From Candidatus Micrarchaeota archaeon (GTDB taxonomy: Archaea > B1Sed10-29 > B47-G15): a DNA stretch of 24,000 nucleotides. The position numbers and the translations under genes are program-made. Shown here in pieces: positions 15,984 to 24,000 of this stretch. The DNA lies in contig QMVG01000002.1 in NCBI GenBank assembly GCA_003660975.1, positions 93,848 to 117,847 of the forward strand, in the 5' to 3' direction. A model generated the notes under the pieces. That model saw only the letters and a list, made by a program, of their open reading frames with translations. It was not told where the DNA came from and did not search any database. Each line of letters starts with the position of its first letter. The first letter of the stretch is position 1.

Positions 15984-17414
15984 GTGAACAAAAGGTTGTT
16001 GTTGCTTTTCATTTTCTTTTTTGTATTTTTCTCACTCCCACAACTGCTAAGATTCGCGCTTTACTCTCCGTCTATCATAGGCACAACCCCTTATTTTCAC
16101 ATTAGAATGGCCGAATTGCTTCTCTCAGGTCAAGCTTATGATTCTTTGTCATTTGGAGGCAGATATTACACATACCCACCTGCCTATCACTGGCTTTTGG
16201 CAATTAGTCCTTTGAAATATCTTTTGAACCCCTTCATAGGTGCTTTGGGCGTAGTGCTTCTTTATTTCATCGCAAGAGAATTGGGCTTTTCAGAGGAATC
16301 TGCTTTATTCTCATCAGCGCTTCTGGGTTTTATCCCTGGCTATTTGTATCTTTCTGGACACATCAACCCGAGAATGCCCGCGCTCTTTTTCTTAATGCTT
16401 ACATTCCTCTTTCTCCTAAAGTCAAGAAAAGATAAAAGAATGTTTTATTTGTCTTTTCTCTCAATGCCAATCGTTTTTCTCATACATCCCCTCGTGGGAG
16501 CAGTTGCCGTCTTTTTGGTTCTTTTTCTTTTCAGGAGCATGTTTAAAAGGGTTGCCCTGCTTTCTCTCTTTTCTTTATCTGTATTTCTTCTGTGGTTCCT
16601 GCCATTAGCTCTTAACTTAGGTCTTCCGCAATATAGCTCATTCTATTCTGTTTATGTGGAGCTGAAAACAGGCATTCAATACTTCATATTTGAATACGGT
16701 TTGGTGAGCGATTCCATCACAGCTTTTATGCTGCTTCTGTCTTTATACGCAATATTTAAGGTGAAAGGCAAGAGCTTTGTGAAGGAATGGGCAATATTGG
16801 CTTTCTTCCTTCCACTACTGATAGGAAATAGGATAAATGAGCAACTGCTGTTTCCAGTAGCTCTTTTGGCTGCTGAGGTTTTTATTAATCATTGGAATAG
16901 GTTCTGGAAAGACATCAAGTTAGATTTCGTGCCTGTTAAGGTCTGGACAGCTTTGTTTATGCTTTACGTTTCTGTAGCTGCAATACTTGCCGCAGGAGCT
17001 CTTATGTTTTTCCCACCGTCAGCAGAAGAATACCACGCAATGCAGTGGCTGTCATTACATAGTCCAGAAAATGCCGTGGTATTCGCTGATTGGTTCTACG
17101 GTCATTGGATAAGTGCTATTGCAAAAAGGAAGAATGTTATGGACGCTTATGCCGAATACGCGCCGAACCTGGAACAGAGGTTCAGGGACAGCAACAAAAT
17201 ACTTTACGGCTCTGATATAAATGTTACTATATCTTTGCTTAGGAAATATAATGTGTCTTATGTTTACTATGAAAGGCCAAGAGATGCGGAGTTATGCTCT
17301 GGTTTTCCATATATAACACGCTATCCATACTTTAAAAAGCTCTACCAGGATAAGAGAATTTACATATACAAGGTAGATTATCTTGGCAACTCAACACCAG
17401 TGCCTATCTGCTGA
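15984..17414 (+). CDS. STT3/AglB-like GT-C fold membrane glycosyltransferase (paralog 2)
   Basis: Polytopic; IIGTTPYFHIRMAELLLSG...YYTYPPAYHWLL, and C-terminal VVFADWFYGHWISAIAKRKNVMDAYAEYAPN...LLRKYNVSYVYYE, positionally equivalent to the WWDYGYW...YV region of STT3/AglB. GTG start. Confidence 0.75.
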   Translation: MNKRLLLLFIFFFVFFSLPQLLRFALYSPSIIGTTPYFHIRMAELLLSGQAYDSLSFGGRYYTYPPAYHWLLAISPLKYLLNPFIGALGVVLLYFIARELGFSEESALFSSALLGFIPGYLYLSGHINPRMPALFFLMLTFLFLLKSRKDKRMFYLSFLSMPIVFLIHPLVGAVAVFLVLFLFRSMFKRVALLSLFSLSVFLLWFLPLALNLGLPQYSSFYSVYVELKTGIQYFIFEYGLVSDSITAFMLLLSLYAIFKVKGKSFVKEWAILAFFLPLLIGNRINEQLLFPVALLAAEVFINHWNRFWKDIKLDFVPVKVWTALFMLYVSVAAILAAGALMFFPPSAEEYHAMQWLSLHSPENAVVFADWFYGHWISAIAKRKNVMDAYAEYAPNLEQRFRDSNKILYGSDINVTISLLRKYNVSYVYYERPRDAELCSGFPYITRYPYFKKLYQDKRIYIYKVDYLGNSTPVPIC

Positions 17415-18541
17415 CAGTTGTTAAATAAACAGTCGATAACAACAGTGGCATAGCTTCCTTTTGGCAGGGAAAAATCCAGCAAGTATCTCCCCTCAGCTTC
17501 TTTTACTATTTTCATATCTCCTATTTCTATCCACAGTTTTCTTCTGGTTCCCTTGCTTCTCAAATCATGAAGGTTGTTTACCCTAAAGTCTTCTAATGTC
17601 AAACCATGTCTTTCTAATATCTCCTGTTCCAATTCATTTTCCAATTCCAGCGCATATCCGTATATGGGGCCAGTCTCATAGTCCAGGCCTCTTTTTATGC
17701 ACTCTGCTAGAAATTCGTTAAAGAGCTTGGCTTGGTAAGCGTGAACAAACATCTTTAATAACGAGCGGGGTAGCATTCTCAGTGCCCTTAGGTAATTTCT
17801 TGGCTGTCTTGACAGGGAGACGAGCATTTTTCTTTCAAAGCGCAGGCGCTTTGGAAAATATTTTAAAGCTTCCTTGAAGTTCATCTCCTCAGCCAGTTTT
17901 TTTCTTGCCTTTATTGAATTTTCATCTTCTCTTTCATCAACAGCTGTTAAGTATGTCATAACTGCTTTTTCAAAATCTTTTTTTACTATGCTTTCTCCAA
18001 CATCGGCAGTTATCGGCCTTATAACTCCAAAGCGCTGTTCTCCGAAAAAATTGGGAAATTTATCCATGCGCCTAGGCTCTCTATCAGAGTAAACCCTTAT
18101 TATGAAATGGTTTCCTACAAGGTCTCCTATGAAAACCCCTCTGTCCCTGTAAGCCAATGGAACAAGCTCTATATTTTCCACATTGAATTTTTTTAGCTCT
18201 TCCTTTCTAACGCCCTTTATGCTTATGAGTTGCGAGCTTATTGACCTCTTGTCCTTTGTTCCAGCAAAAGAGACGCTTCTATTAGGAATGTTTAGCTGTT
18301 TAGCAATTTTTTCAACAGCCAACAACGTGTCCCAGTTTCTCTTTTTCATTACGCATAGAAGGTATTCCCCTCTTCCCCCTTGAAACCTATATTTCTTGTT
18401 TACAGACAGAACACCGTAATCTTTTGTTATCTCTTCAACAATAAAATCCTCTGCTTTTTCCTTAATTTTGTATGCGCTAGTTCCTGTATCTGAGGATTGC
18501 ACCGATACCACCAAAGCCCTTAAGGAACTGTTGCCCCCCAT
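17378..18541 (-). CDS. truD: tRNA pseudouridine(13) synthase TruD
   Basis: KIKEKAEDFIVEEI, SFAGTKDKRSISSQ (catalytic Asp), HFIIRVYS, FPNFFGEQRFG, LPKGSYATVVI: TruD motifs. Start uncertain (ATG 18541 or internal GTG at 18502). Confidence 0.93.
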   Translation of the reverse strand: MGGNSSLRALVVSVQSSDTGTSAYKIKEKAEDFIVEEITKDYGVLSVNKKYRFQGGRGEYLLCVMKKRNWDTLLAVEKIAKQLNIPNRSVSFAGTKDKRSISSQLISIKGVRKEELKKFNVENIELVPLAYRDRGVFIGDLVGNHFIIRVYSDREPRRMDKFPNFFGEQRFGVIRPITADVGESIVKKDFEKAVMTYLTAVDEREDENSIKARKKLAEEMNFKEALKYFPKRLRFERKMLVSLSRQPRNYLRALRMLPRSLLKMFVHAYQAKLFNEFLAECIKRGLDYETGPIYGYALELENELEQEILERHGLTLEDFRVNNLHDLRSKGTRRKLWIEIGDMKIVKEAEGRYLLDFSLPKGSYATVVIDCLFNNCQQIGTGVELPR

Positions 18542-19568
18542 TCGTGCTTGTGCTTATTATTTCCACTTTTGTTCCCATTTCTTCGGCAATGCTCTCAAGT
18601 TCGTCTATCTTTTCATCATCCAAGCCCTCGGATAGCATTAAAAGTTCCACCTGTCCTCTTTCAAGAGCTTCTCTTACCTCTTTTTCGCCATATGCAGCCA
18701 GGTTTCCAACACTTGCTTCTTTTATGAACCTATCAACAAGCTTCTTTTCTTTGGCTGTTTCCATCTCCTCAATAATCTCTCCGCTTTTGTCTAAAATTTC
18801 CTTTATTCCAAACTCGTCAGTATAACCTGTGTCCACCACACCAACAATTTTTTTCTTGACCTCTGGCCTTAGATATGGCCCGTCAATAAATCCGTACTTT
18901 GTAGGTCCGCTTCCTCCTGCTATGATTGCCTTTACTTTTGGGTCAGAAAAAGCTTCGTTTATGACTTCAGCAACCTTTTTGTAGAAATCCACAGCTGCTT
19001 CCTCTATAAGTCTCGTAAATCTCATAGCACTTTGGCCTCCCTTGTGGTGTTTTCCAGGAACGTTGGATGTCATATGTCTTATAATGTTCAAGTGCTTGCC
19101 TTCAATCAGGGCGATTGTTGCCTCTCTCCTGTCCATTGCAAAAGCACCATAAATCTCCTTTGCTCCAAGCATGTCTTCAAGTGGCTTAGTGTAGAAACTT
19201 GAATCGCACCTGTAAATCTGAACGTTTATGGGCTTTGGAGGGATGAGAGTGATTAATTTTATATCTGGCTGGTCGTTTCGGCTGCTAACATTACCACAGA
19301 AAATAGCAACCCCCTTATCGCCTGTTTTGTGAACCCCTTTTAACACTTGAAGTATCCTGTCAATAGCTGCCTGGACATTTTTTCGTGTACTCTTGCTTTT
19401 TATGTTTGCTGCCTGGCCGTATTCACTTCTTAACCTTGCGCTTATTTCATTAACATTTGCGTTTGGTGGAATGTAAACACTAATCAATTCAGTTCCCTGT
19501 CCCCTTATGCTTTTGAGATACTTTAACTCCTTTTTTAGCTGGTGCATTTCCTTTGAACTTTCAGGCAT
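18477..19568 (-). CDS. prf1: Peptide chain release factor aRF1
   Basis: NIKS motif in AANIKSKSTRKNVQ, GGQ motif in GKHHKGGQSAMRFTRL, VDTGYTDEFGIKEI and C-terminal GGIGAILRYR. At 363 aa it is shorter than typical archaeal aRF1. Confidence 0.95.
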   Translation of the reverse strand: MPESSKEMHQLKKELKYLKSIRGQGTELISVYIPPNANVNEISARLRSEYGQAANIKSKSTRKNVQAAIDRILQVLKGVHKTGDKGVAIFCGNVSSRNDQPDIKLITLIPPKPINVQIYRCDSSFYTKPLEDMLGAKEIYGAFAMDRREATIALIEGKHLNIIRHMTSNVPGKHHKGGQSAMRFTRLIEEAAVDFYKKVAEVINEAFSDPKVKAIIAGGSGPTKYGFIDGPYLRPEVKKKIVGVVDTGYTDEFGIKEILDKSGEIIEEMETAKEKKLVDRFIKEASVGNLAAYGEKEVREALERGQVELLMLSEGLDDEKIDELESIAEEMGTKVEIISTSTNGGQQFLKGFGGIGAILRYRN

Positions 19569-22139
19569 TCAATCACCCTTTCTTAGTGTTTTCCACAGCT
19601 CGACAACAGAGAAGACAACAACTGTCAGCAGTATTACTCTTATCCAATCAACAGCATGCAACGGCGTTGTTTTGAAGATAACATCAAGCACAGGCGTTTG
19701 AACTATTAGCACCTGAATTAAAAGTGATGACACCACTGCAAAGCCCATCCACTTGTTAGACAGCAAGTGCAATCTGCTTAGCCTTCTTTTAGACTTGAAG
19801 TTTACTGCTATCATTGTTTCTAAAAATACAATCGTGGTGAACGCAACAGTTCCTGCCTTTCCTGTCCCGGCATTTAACTCCCAGTAAAACGCCAGCACAG
19901 TTATTATTCCCACAAGCAAGCCGATGAATGCAATAGTTATCATTTCTTCCCTATTTAAAGGATTATCCTCCTTTGGGTTTGGTTTTCTTTTCATAACATC
20001 CTTTTCAGCTTTTTCAACACTTAATGCGAGGGCCGGCAAGCCATCAGTTATCAAATTCATCCACAGTATTTGAACAGGCAGCAAGATTAACGGCAGTCCT
20101 GCCATCATGCTGCTCGCAACAGCCAAAACCTCTCCAGAATTACAAGAGAGTAAATACGTTATTGACTTTTTTATGTTGTCATATATCACTCTTCCTTCTT
20201 TTACAGCTTCAACTATGGTGGTGAAGTCATCATCCTCTATTACCATATCCGCTGCCTCTTTCGCAACATCTGTTCCCTTCATTCCCATCGCTATGCCTAT
20301 ATCTGCCTTTTTTAGAGCAGGAGCATCGTTAACACCATCTCCTGTCATGCCTACAATCTCTCCATTTTGTTGTAAAGCTCTCACTATTCTAAGCTTGTGT
20401 TGTGGAGAAACTCTGGCAAAAACAGCGATGCTCCTCACATCTCTTTTTAGCTCCTCATCAGACATCTTTTCCAATTCCCTTCCATTGACAACTCTTCTCT
20501 TTCTGAGCAAGCCAACATCCTCAGCGATTGCCTTGGCCGTTATCTCGTGGTCTCCTGTTATCATAATTACACTTATCCCTGCTTTCTCGCAGTTCTCTAT
20601 TGCTTCCTTTACTCCTTCTCTTGGTGGGTCTCTCATGGCAATCAAACCAACAAAAACAAAATCTTTCTCGTCTTTTTCACTAAAATCTCTGTTTACCTTT
20701 TCTTTCACAGCCATCGCAAGAACACGCAGTGCCTTACTGTTTAGGTCCTTAAACACCCTCATTATCTCCTCTTGCTTCCGCTTTGTTAAGCGCTTTAGCC
20801 TCCTGCCTTCTCTGTAGTAGCTACAATTTTCAATCACGATTTCTGGAGCCCCTTTCATATATGCCTTTAGAATTCCCTTCCTTTCGTATACAACAGTCAT
20901 TTTTTTCCTTTCGCTGGAAAAGCTAACCTCCTTAACCTTTTTGTAATCAACGAGCTTTATGCCTGCTTTTATTGACGCTTCAAGCAATGCATTTTCCGTC
21001 GGGTCTCCAAGCACAACGCCTTCAACAATTTTTGAATTGTTGCAGAGCGCACCTATCTTAAGGGCTTTCAGCTGGTTATATGATAGTTTGTCTTTTATTG
21101 AAACCAATTTGTTGTCAGCATATATCTTTTCCACAGTCATCTTGTTCTCTGTTATCGTGCCAGTTTTGTCAACACATAGATACGTGGCACTACCTAAGGT
21201 TTCCACGATTGGCAGCCTTTTCACAAGACTTTTCTTTCTGGCCATTCTCTGAATGCCAAAAGCAAGAGCTAACGTAACAATAGCAGGAAGGCCTTCTGGG
21301 ATAACTGCCACTGCCAAGCTTATAGATGTGAGTATCATTTCAATAATCTCAATGCCTTTCAAGACTCCCATAATAAATATTAATATGATTATGAAGAGAA
21401 TGAGAATGCCAAGGTTTTTGCTGAATACTGCCAACCTTTTCTGCAAAGGAGTTTCCTCTTTTTCTGTGCTCTCAACTAGATGCGCTATTTTTCCTATTTC
21501 GGTATCCATGCCTGTTTTGCAAACAACTGCCTTTGCGTTGCCCTTTACTACCAAACTGCCTTTGAAGAGCATGTTGAGCCTTTCACTGACTAAGCTGGCC
21601 TCTTTGACAATCTTAGCTGTTTTCCTCACAGCTTTTGACTCACCTGTGAGCATTGACTCATCGACATATAAATCGTTTTCATAGATTATTCTGGCATCTG
21701 CTGGTACAGCAGAACCTTCTGATAAAATAATTATATCTCCAGGCACCAATTCTCTTGAAGGGATTTGCATTTCTTTCCCATTTCTTATTACAATGCTCTT
21801 AGGGTGGCTTAATTTTCTTAAGGCCTCTATGGCTTTGTCTGCCTTGTATTCCTGCACAAAGCCAAAGACAGCGTTTAAAATTACTATTGCCAAGATGATA
21901 AGAGCGTCTATTGTATTTCCTATGAAAAATGAAAAAGCTGTTGCAAATATAAGCACAATCACAAGAGGGCTCTCAAATTGAGACATAAATATTTTTAACA
22001 GTTTGTGCTTCTCTTCCCTGCGTATCTCATTGTAGCCGAATTTTTTCAACCTACGTTTTGCCTCTGTCTCGCTTAAACCATTAACACTTGTTTTTAGTAT
22101 CTCAATTGCTCTCTTGCTGGGGAGGGAATAGTAATCCAT
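19569..22139 (-). CDS. P-type ATPase, Ca2+-transporting (P2A/SERCA-PMR1-like)
   Basis: Phosphorylation motif VDKTGTITENKM, TGES, MTGDGVNDAPALKKADIGIAMG; M4 VIPEGLP, M5 LLSCNSGEV and M6 WMNLITDGLPALAL match Ca2+-site helices. Confidence 0.92.
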   Translation of the reverse strand: MDYYSLPSKRAIEILKTSVNGLSETEAKRRLKKFGYNEIRREEKHKLLKIFMSQFESPLVIVLIFATAFSFFIGNTIDALIILAIVILNAVFGFVQEYKADKAIEALRKLSHPKSIVIRNGKEMQIPSRELVPGDIIILSEGSAVPADARIIYENDLYVDESMLTGESKAVRKTAKIVKEASLVSERLNMLFKGSLVVKGNAKAVVCKTGMDTEIGKIAHLVESTEKEETPLQKRLAVFSKNLGILILFIIILIFIMGVLKGIEIIEMILTSISLAVAVIPEGLPAIVTLALAFGIQRMARKKSLVKRLPIVETLGSATYLCVDKTGTITENKMTVEKIYADNKLVSIKDKLSYNQLKALKIGALCNNSKIVEGVVLGDPTENALLEASIKAGIKLVDYKKVKEVSFSSERKKMTVVYERKGILKAYMKGAPEIVIENCSYYREGRRLKRLTKRKQEEIMRVFKDLNSKALRVLAMAVKEKVNRDFSEKDEKDFVFVGLIAMRDPPREGVKEAIENCEKAGISVIMITGDHEITAKAIAEDVGLLRKRRVVNGRELEKMSDEELKRDVRSIAVFARVSPQHKLRIVRALQQNGEIVGMTGDGVNDAPALKKADIGIAMGMKGTDVAKEAADMVIEDDDFTTIVEAVKEGRVIYDNIKKSITYLLSCNSGEVLAVASSMMAGLPLILLPVQILWMNLITDGLPALALSVEKAEKDVMKRKPNPKEDNPLNREEMITIAFIGLLVGIITVLAFYWELNAGTGKAGTVAFTTIVFLETMIAVNFKSKRRLSRLHLLSNKWMGFAVVSSLLIQVLIVQTPVLDVIFKTTPLHAVDWIRVILLTVVVFSVVELWKTLRKGD

Positions 22140-22167
22140 GTTTTTTTAAAAGCAGCTCTTGTTTAAA

Positions 22168-23064
22168 TCAATAACTATCTATTATTTTCATTAATTCTAA
22201 TGCCTCATCAGGCAAAAGCAGGGCTTTTTTGTAATTTTTCCAATCGTCCAAGACAATGCGCGGACATGCAGTTATTACAAAGGCATCAAAAGGCAGGTAA
22301 TCCAAAAGCTCTGGCTTTATGTTCTCTGCGCTGATTAGGTATGAATTGGGAATTTTCTTTTTTAGTTCCATGGCCTGCCTGAGATGTTTCTGTCCTGGCT
22401 TTTCCCCTATTACAATAGCAAAAGTACTTGCTTTTACTGCTTTTGATATTCTGATATATCTCTCTTTTTCCCAGTTTTCCTCTACTTTTTCTACTTCGCC
22501 AGTGTATGGGTCTGCCCTTATGACCTTTTTCTTTGTCGCGAATGACAGCATTTGCGGATGGAAAAGCCCACTGCCTATGAAAAGAAAGCCGTCAACTTTG
22601 TCTTTTATTGCCAAGGCATTTGACACATCACAGCCAAGTATCTGCGCATTCCTGTGAACATGAACTGAAAAGGATTTTTTCTTCAAGTAATTCATTACCT
22701 CTGCTACCTTGTGCAAGTGCTGTGCTGTTGTCACTATGCCAACACTCTTCGGAAGAAGTTGCTCGGCTTTCTTTACAACAGGCATGACATCCTTTTTTGA
22801 ATAACACGGAACATATACCACATTCTTGCTGGGAATCATCTGGGTATGGCCATAATGTATCGTCAAGTCATAATTCACTTTAATGTCACAGGCACCATAG
22901 CAGGGGTCTGCGCTTAGGATGATTTCTGCTCCGGTTTCAGAAAGTTTGTCCATTATCTCCTTAGCATATTGCTTGAGGCCTTCTGGCAGCTGCACAAGCA
23001 CCTTCTTTGCCTTTCTCCGCACTATCTCCTTTTTTACCCTTTCAAATTCAAAATCATAATCCAT
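22168..23064 (-). CDS. dph2: Diphthamide biosynthesis enzyme Dph2
   Basis: VLVQLPEGLKQYA, ADPCYGACDIKV, YGHTQMIP, QILGCDVSNA, GEKPGQKHLRQAMELKK, ITACPRIVLDDW; three conserved Cys regions for the [4Fe-4S] cluster. Confidence 0.93.
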   Translation of the reverse strand: MDYDFEFERVKKEIVRRKAKKVLVQLPEGLKQYAKEIMDKLSETGAEIILSADPCYGACDIKVNYDLTIHYGHTQMIPSKNVVYVPCYSKKDVMPVVKKAEQLLPKSVGIVTTAQHLHKVAEVMNYLKKKSFSVHVHRNAQILGCDVSNALAIKDKVDGFLFIGSGLFHPQMLSFATKKKVIRADPYTGEVEKVEENWEKERYIRISKAVKASTFAIVIGEKPGQKHLRQAMELKKKIPNSYLISAENIKPELLDYLPFDAFVITACPRIVLDDWKNYKKALLLPDEALELMKIIDSY

Positions 23065-23065
23065 A

Positions 23066-23494
23066 TCAGAACCCTAACTTGCGTCTCTTCTTTTCTTCTT
23101 CATATTCCTCATTTAACTTCTTTTCTATAGCTTTTTTAAGCGGAAAGTTAAAACGATTGATGTCCACCCCATAGCGGGACATTAGCTGTATGCCAAGCTC
23201 CACAGCTTTGGCCATATCCTTCTTTGACAGTTCATTTATTTCCCCCGTGGCTACTAGGACAGGATCTGCTTTTTTTGCCTTTTCCGCCTCTGCCCTCAAG
23301 CGAGATTTCATATCTGGGTCCCAAGTCTTATTATATTTATTTATGGTCTTTTCACGCTTTTTTCTTTCCATTTCTATTAACTCATCAACATCTCTAACCT
23401 CTTTTGCTACTGTTTTTTTCGTTTTCCCCGGTATTTGGAAGATAAAAGGCGCTGCAACTTTTCCAAGACGTGCTTTCTTTCTTCTAAAGCCCAT
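23066..23494 (-). CDS. Hypothetical small basic protein (142 aa)
   Basis: Lys/Arg-rich ORF directly upstream of dph2, stop at 23066-23068 and dph2 ATG at 23064; SD-like AGAGGTG upstream of the ATG. No family recognised. Confidence 0.7.
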   Translation of the reverse strand: MGFRRKKARLGKVAAPFIFQIPGKTKKTVAKEVRDVDELIEMERKKREKTINKYNKTWDPDMKSRLRAEAEKAKKADPVLVATGEINELSKKDMAKAVELGIQLMSRYGVDINRFNFPLKKAIEKKLNEEYEEEKKRRKLGF

Positions 23495-23501
23495 TTTGAC
23501 A

Positions 23502-23537
23502 CCTCTCGCGCGTCAGAGGCGTTATCATATCATCGCC
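23502..23537 (-). promoter_or_regulatory. Leader with two mutually exclusive short helices overlapping the SD of the 23066-23494 gene
   Basis: + strand CCTCT(23502-23506)/AGAGG(23515-23519) and GGCG(23518-23521)/CGCC(23534-23537) share bases 23518-23519; the first covers the SD complement. Confidence 0.25.
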
Positions 23538-23733
23538 GAGGCTCATTGGTTGTACACCACTTCATTCGCGCAATAAAATACTGTTTTTTACTTTTTAAAA
23601 GCTTGCTTTTGCAGTTCTGTGAATTTATTGTTGGTGAGATATTCGGTAGATGTCTAAAGTCCAGCTAGAGGCCGAATTTGGGCAGAGCGAAGCGTAGTTG
23701 TATGTCTGCTGTTATCTGAAGTCGCCAAAAAAC

Positions 23734-24000
23734 TTATTCTATTTCTTCTTTTATCCATAGTTTTTCACCTCTTACCCAATCAATAACTATTTGCTTGTAA
23801 TCGTCCTTTATTTTGTATATGTAATCTCTTTCTGCATGACTCCAGGAACTCTCTATAATGTCCTCTTTTTTCAACGGTTTTCTTCTCATTTTTAGACCTG
23901 CTCGTGCTCCAGCAATATCTCTACCCGTTATTTTTTTATCAATTCCTTCGGAAGGTTTTCTCTTCGCAATCTCATTCATCAAGAAGGTTACCTGTTTGCT
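23734..24000 (-). CDS. Hypothetical protein, possibly extending beyond the right edge
   Basis: 82-aa ORF (start 23982 TTG or 23979 ATG), but the frame stays open through the window edge (..SKQVTFLMNEIAKRKPSEG..), so the 5' end is uncertain. Confidence 0.5.
   Translation of the reverse strand, partial: SKQVTFLMNEIAKRKPSEGIDKKITGRDIAGARAGLKMRRKPLKKEDIIESSWSHAERDYIYKIKDDYKQIVIDWVRGEKLWIKEEIE

Noticed and set aside
20024-21981. + strand ORFs inside the P-type ATPase region (e.g. 20107-20817, 21253-21684)
   Set aside because: They lie fully antisense to a motif-complete P-type ATPase, with low-complexity Ser/Phe-rich translations; shadow ORFs.
22319-23668. + strand ORFs opposite dph2 and the basic hypothetical (22319-22657, 23190-23576, 23435-23668)
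   Set aside because: Overlap confident or better-supported - strand ORFs and show no recognisable domains.
23638-23720. C/D box sRNA interpretation (GTGAGAT near 23634 and CTGA near 23716)
   Set aside because: The C-box match is poor against RTGATGA and no D'/C' pair is evident; kept only as a generic structured-RNA candidate.
1-24000. CRISPR arrays, toxin-antitoxin, restriction-modification, integrase or transposase genes
   Set aside because: Looked for repeated spacers, inverted repeats with transposase motifs and defence gene motifs; none seen. The window reads as core plus envelope genes.

Overview
This looks like one compact archaeal chromosomal segment with no CRISPR array, transposase or integrase. 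Left end, + strand: translation/replication cluster with the C-terminal part of a GINS protein, rpl44e, rps27e, aIF2-alpha, a 48-aa nop10 missed by the ORF track, a PAC2-family protein and an EndoQ-like PHP endonuclease. Middle: hisS and tRNA-His (GTG) about 10-20 nt apart on the - strand, an AmmeMemoRadiSam-type radical SAM enzyme, an M18 aminopeptidase, a BofA-like membrane protein divergent from a winged-helix regulator, and a large secreted S-layer protein rich in N-glycosylation sequons. The S-layer gene is followed by a tightly packed + strand envelope/glycosylation run: anchored small protein, LPG-synthase-TM/flippase-like protein, GT2, small membrane protein, and two STT3-like GT-C membrane proteins. 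Right end, - strand: basic hypothetical protein, dph2, Ca2+ P-type ATPase, an aRF1 that appears to lack the Cys-rich minidomain, and truD. The main candidate for a poorly described system is the S-layer/glycosylation island (about 9.2-17.4 kb), whose GT2 and STT3-like proteins have altered catalytic motifs. Other items worth checking are the tRNA-His/hisS unit, the short aRF1, and small structured leader or intergenic regions. All family assignments are by eye from motifs, with no database search.
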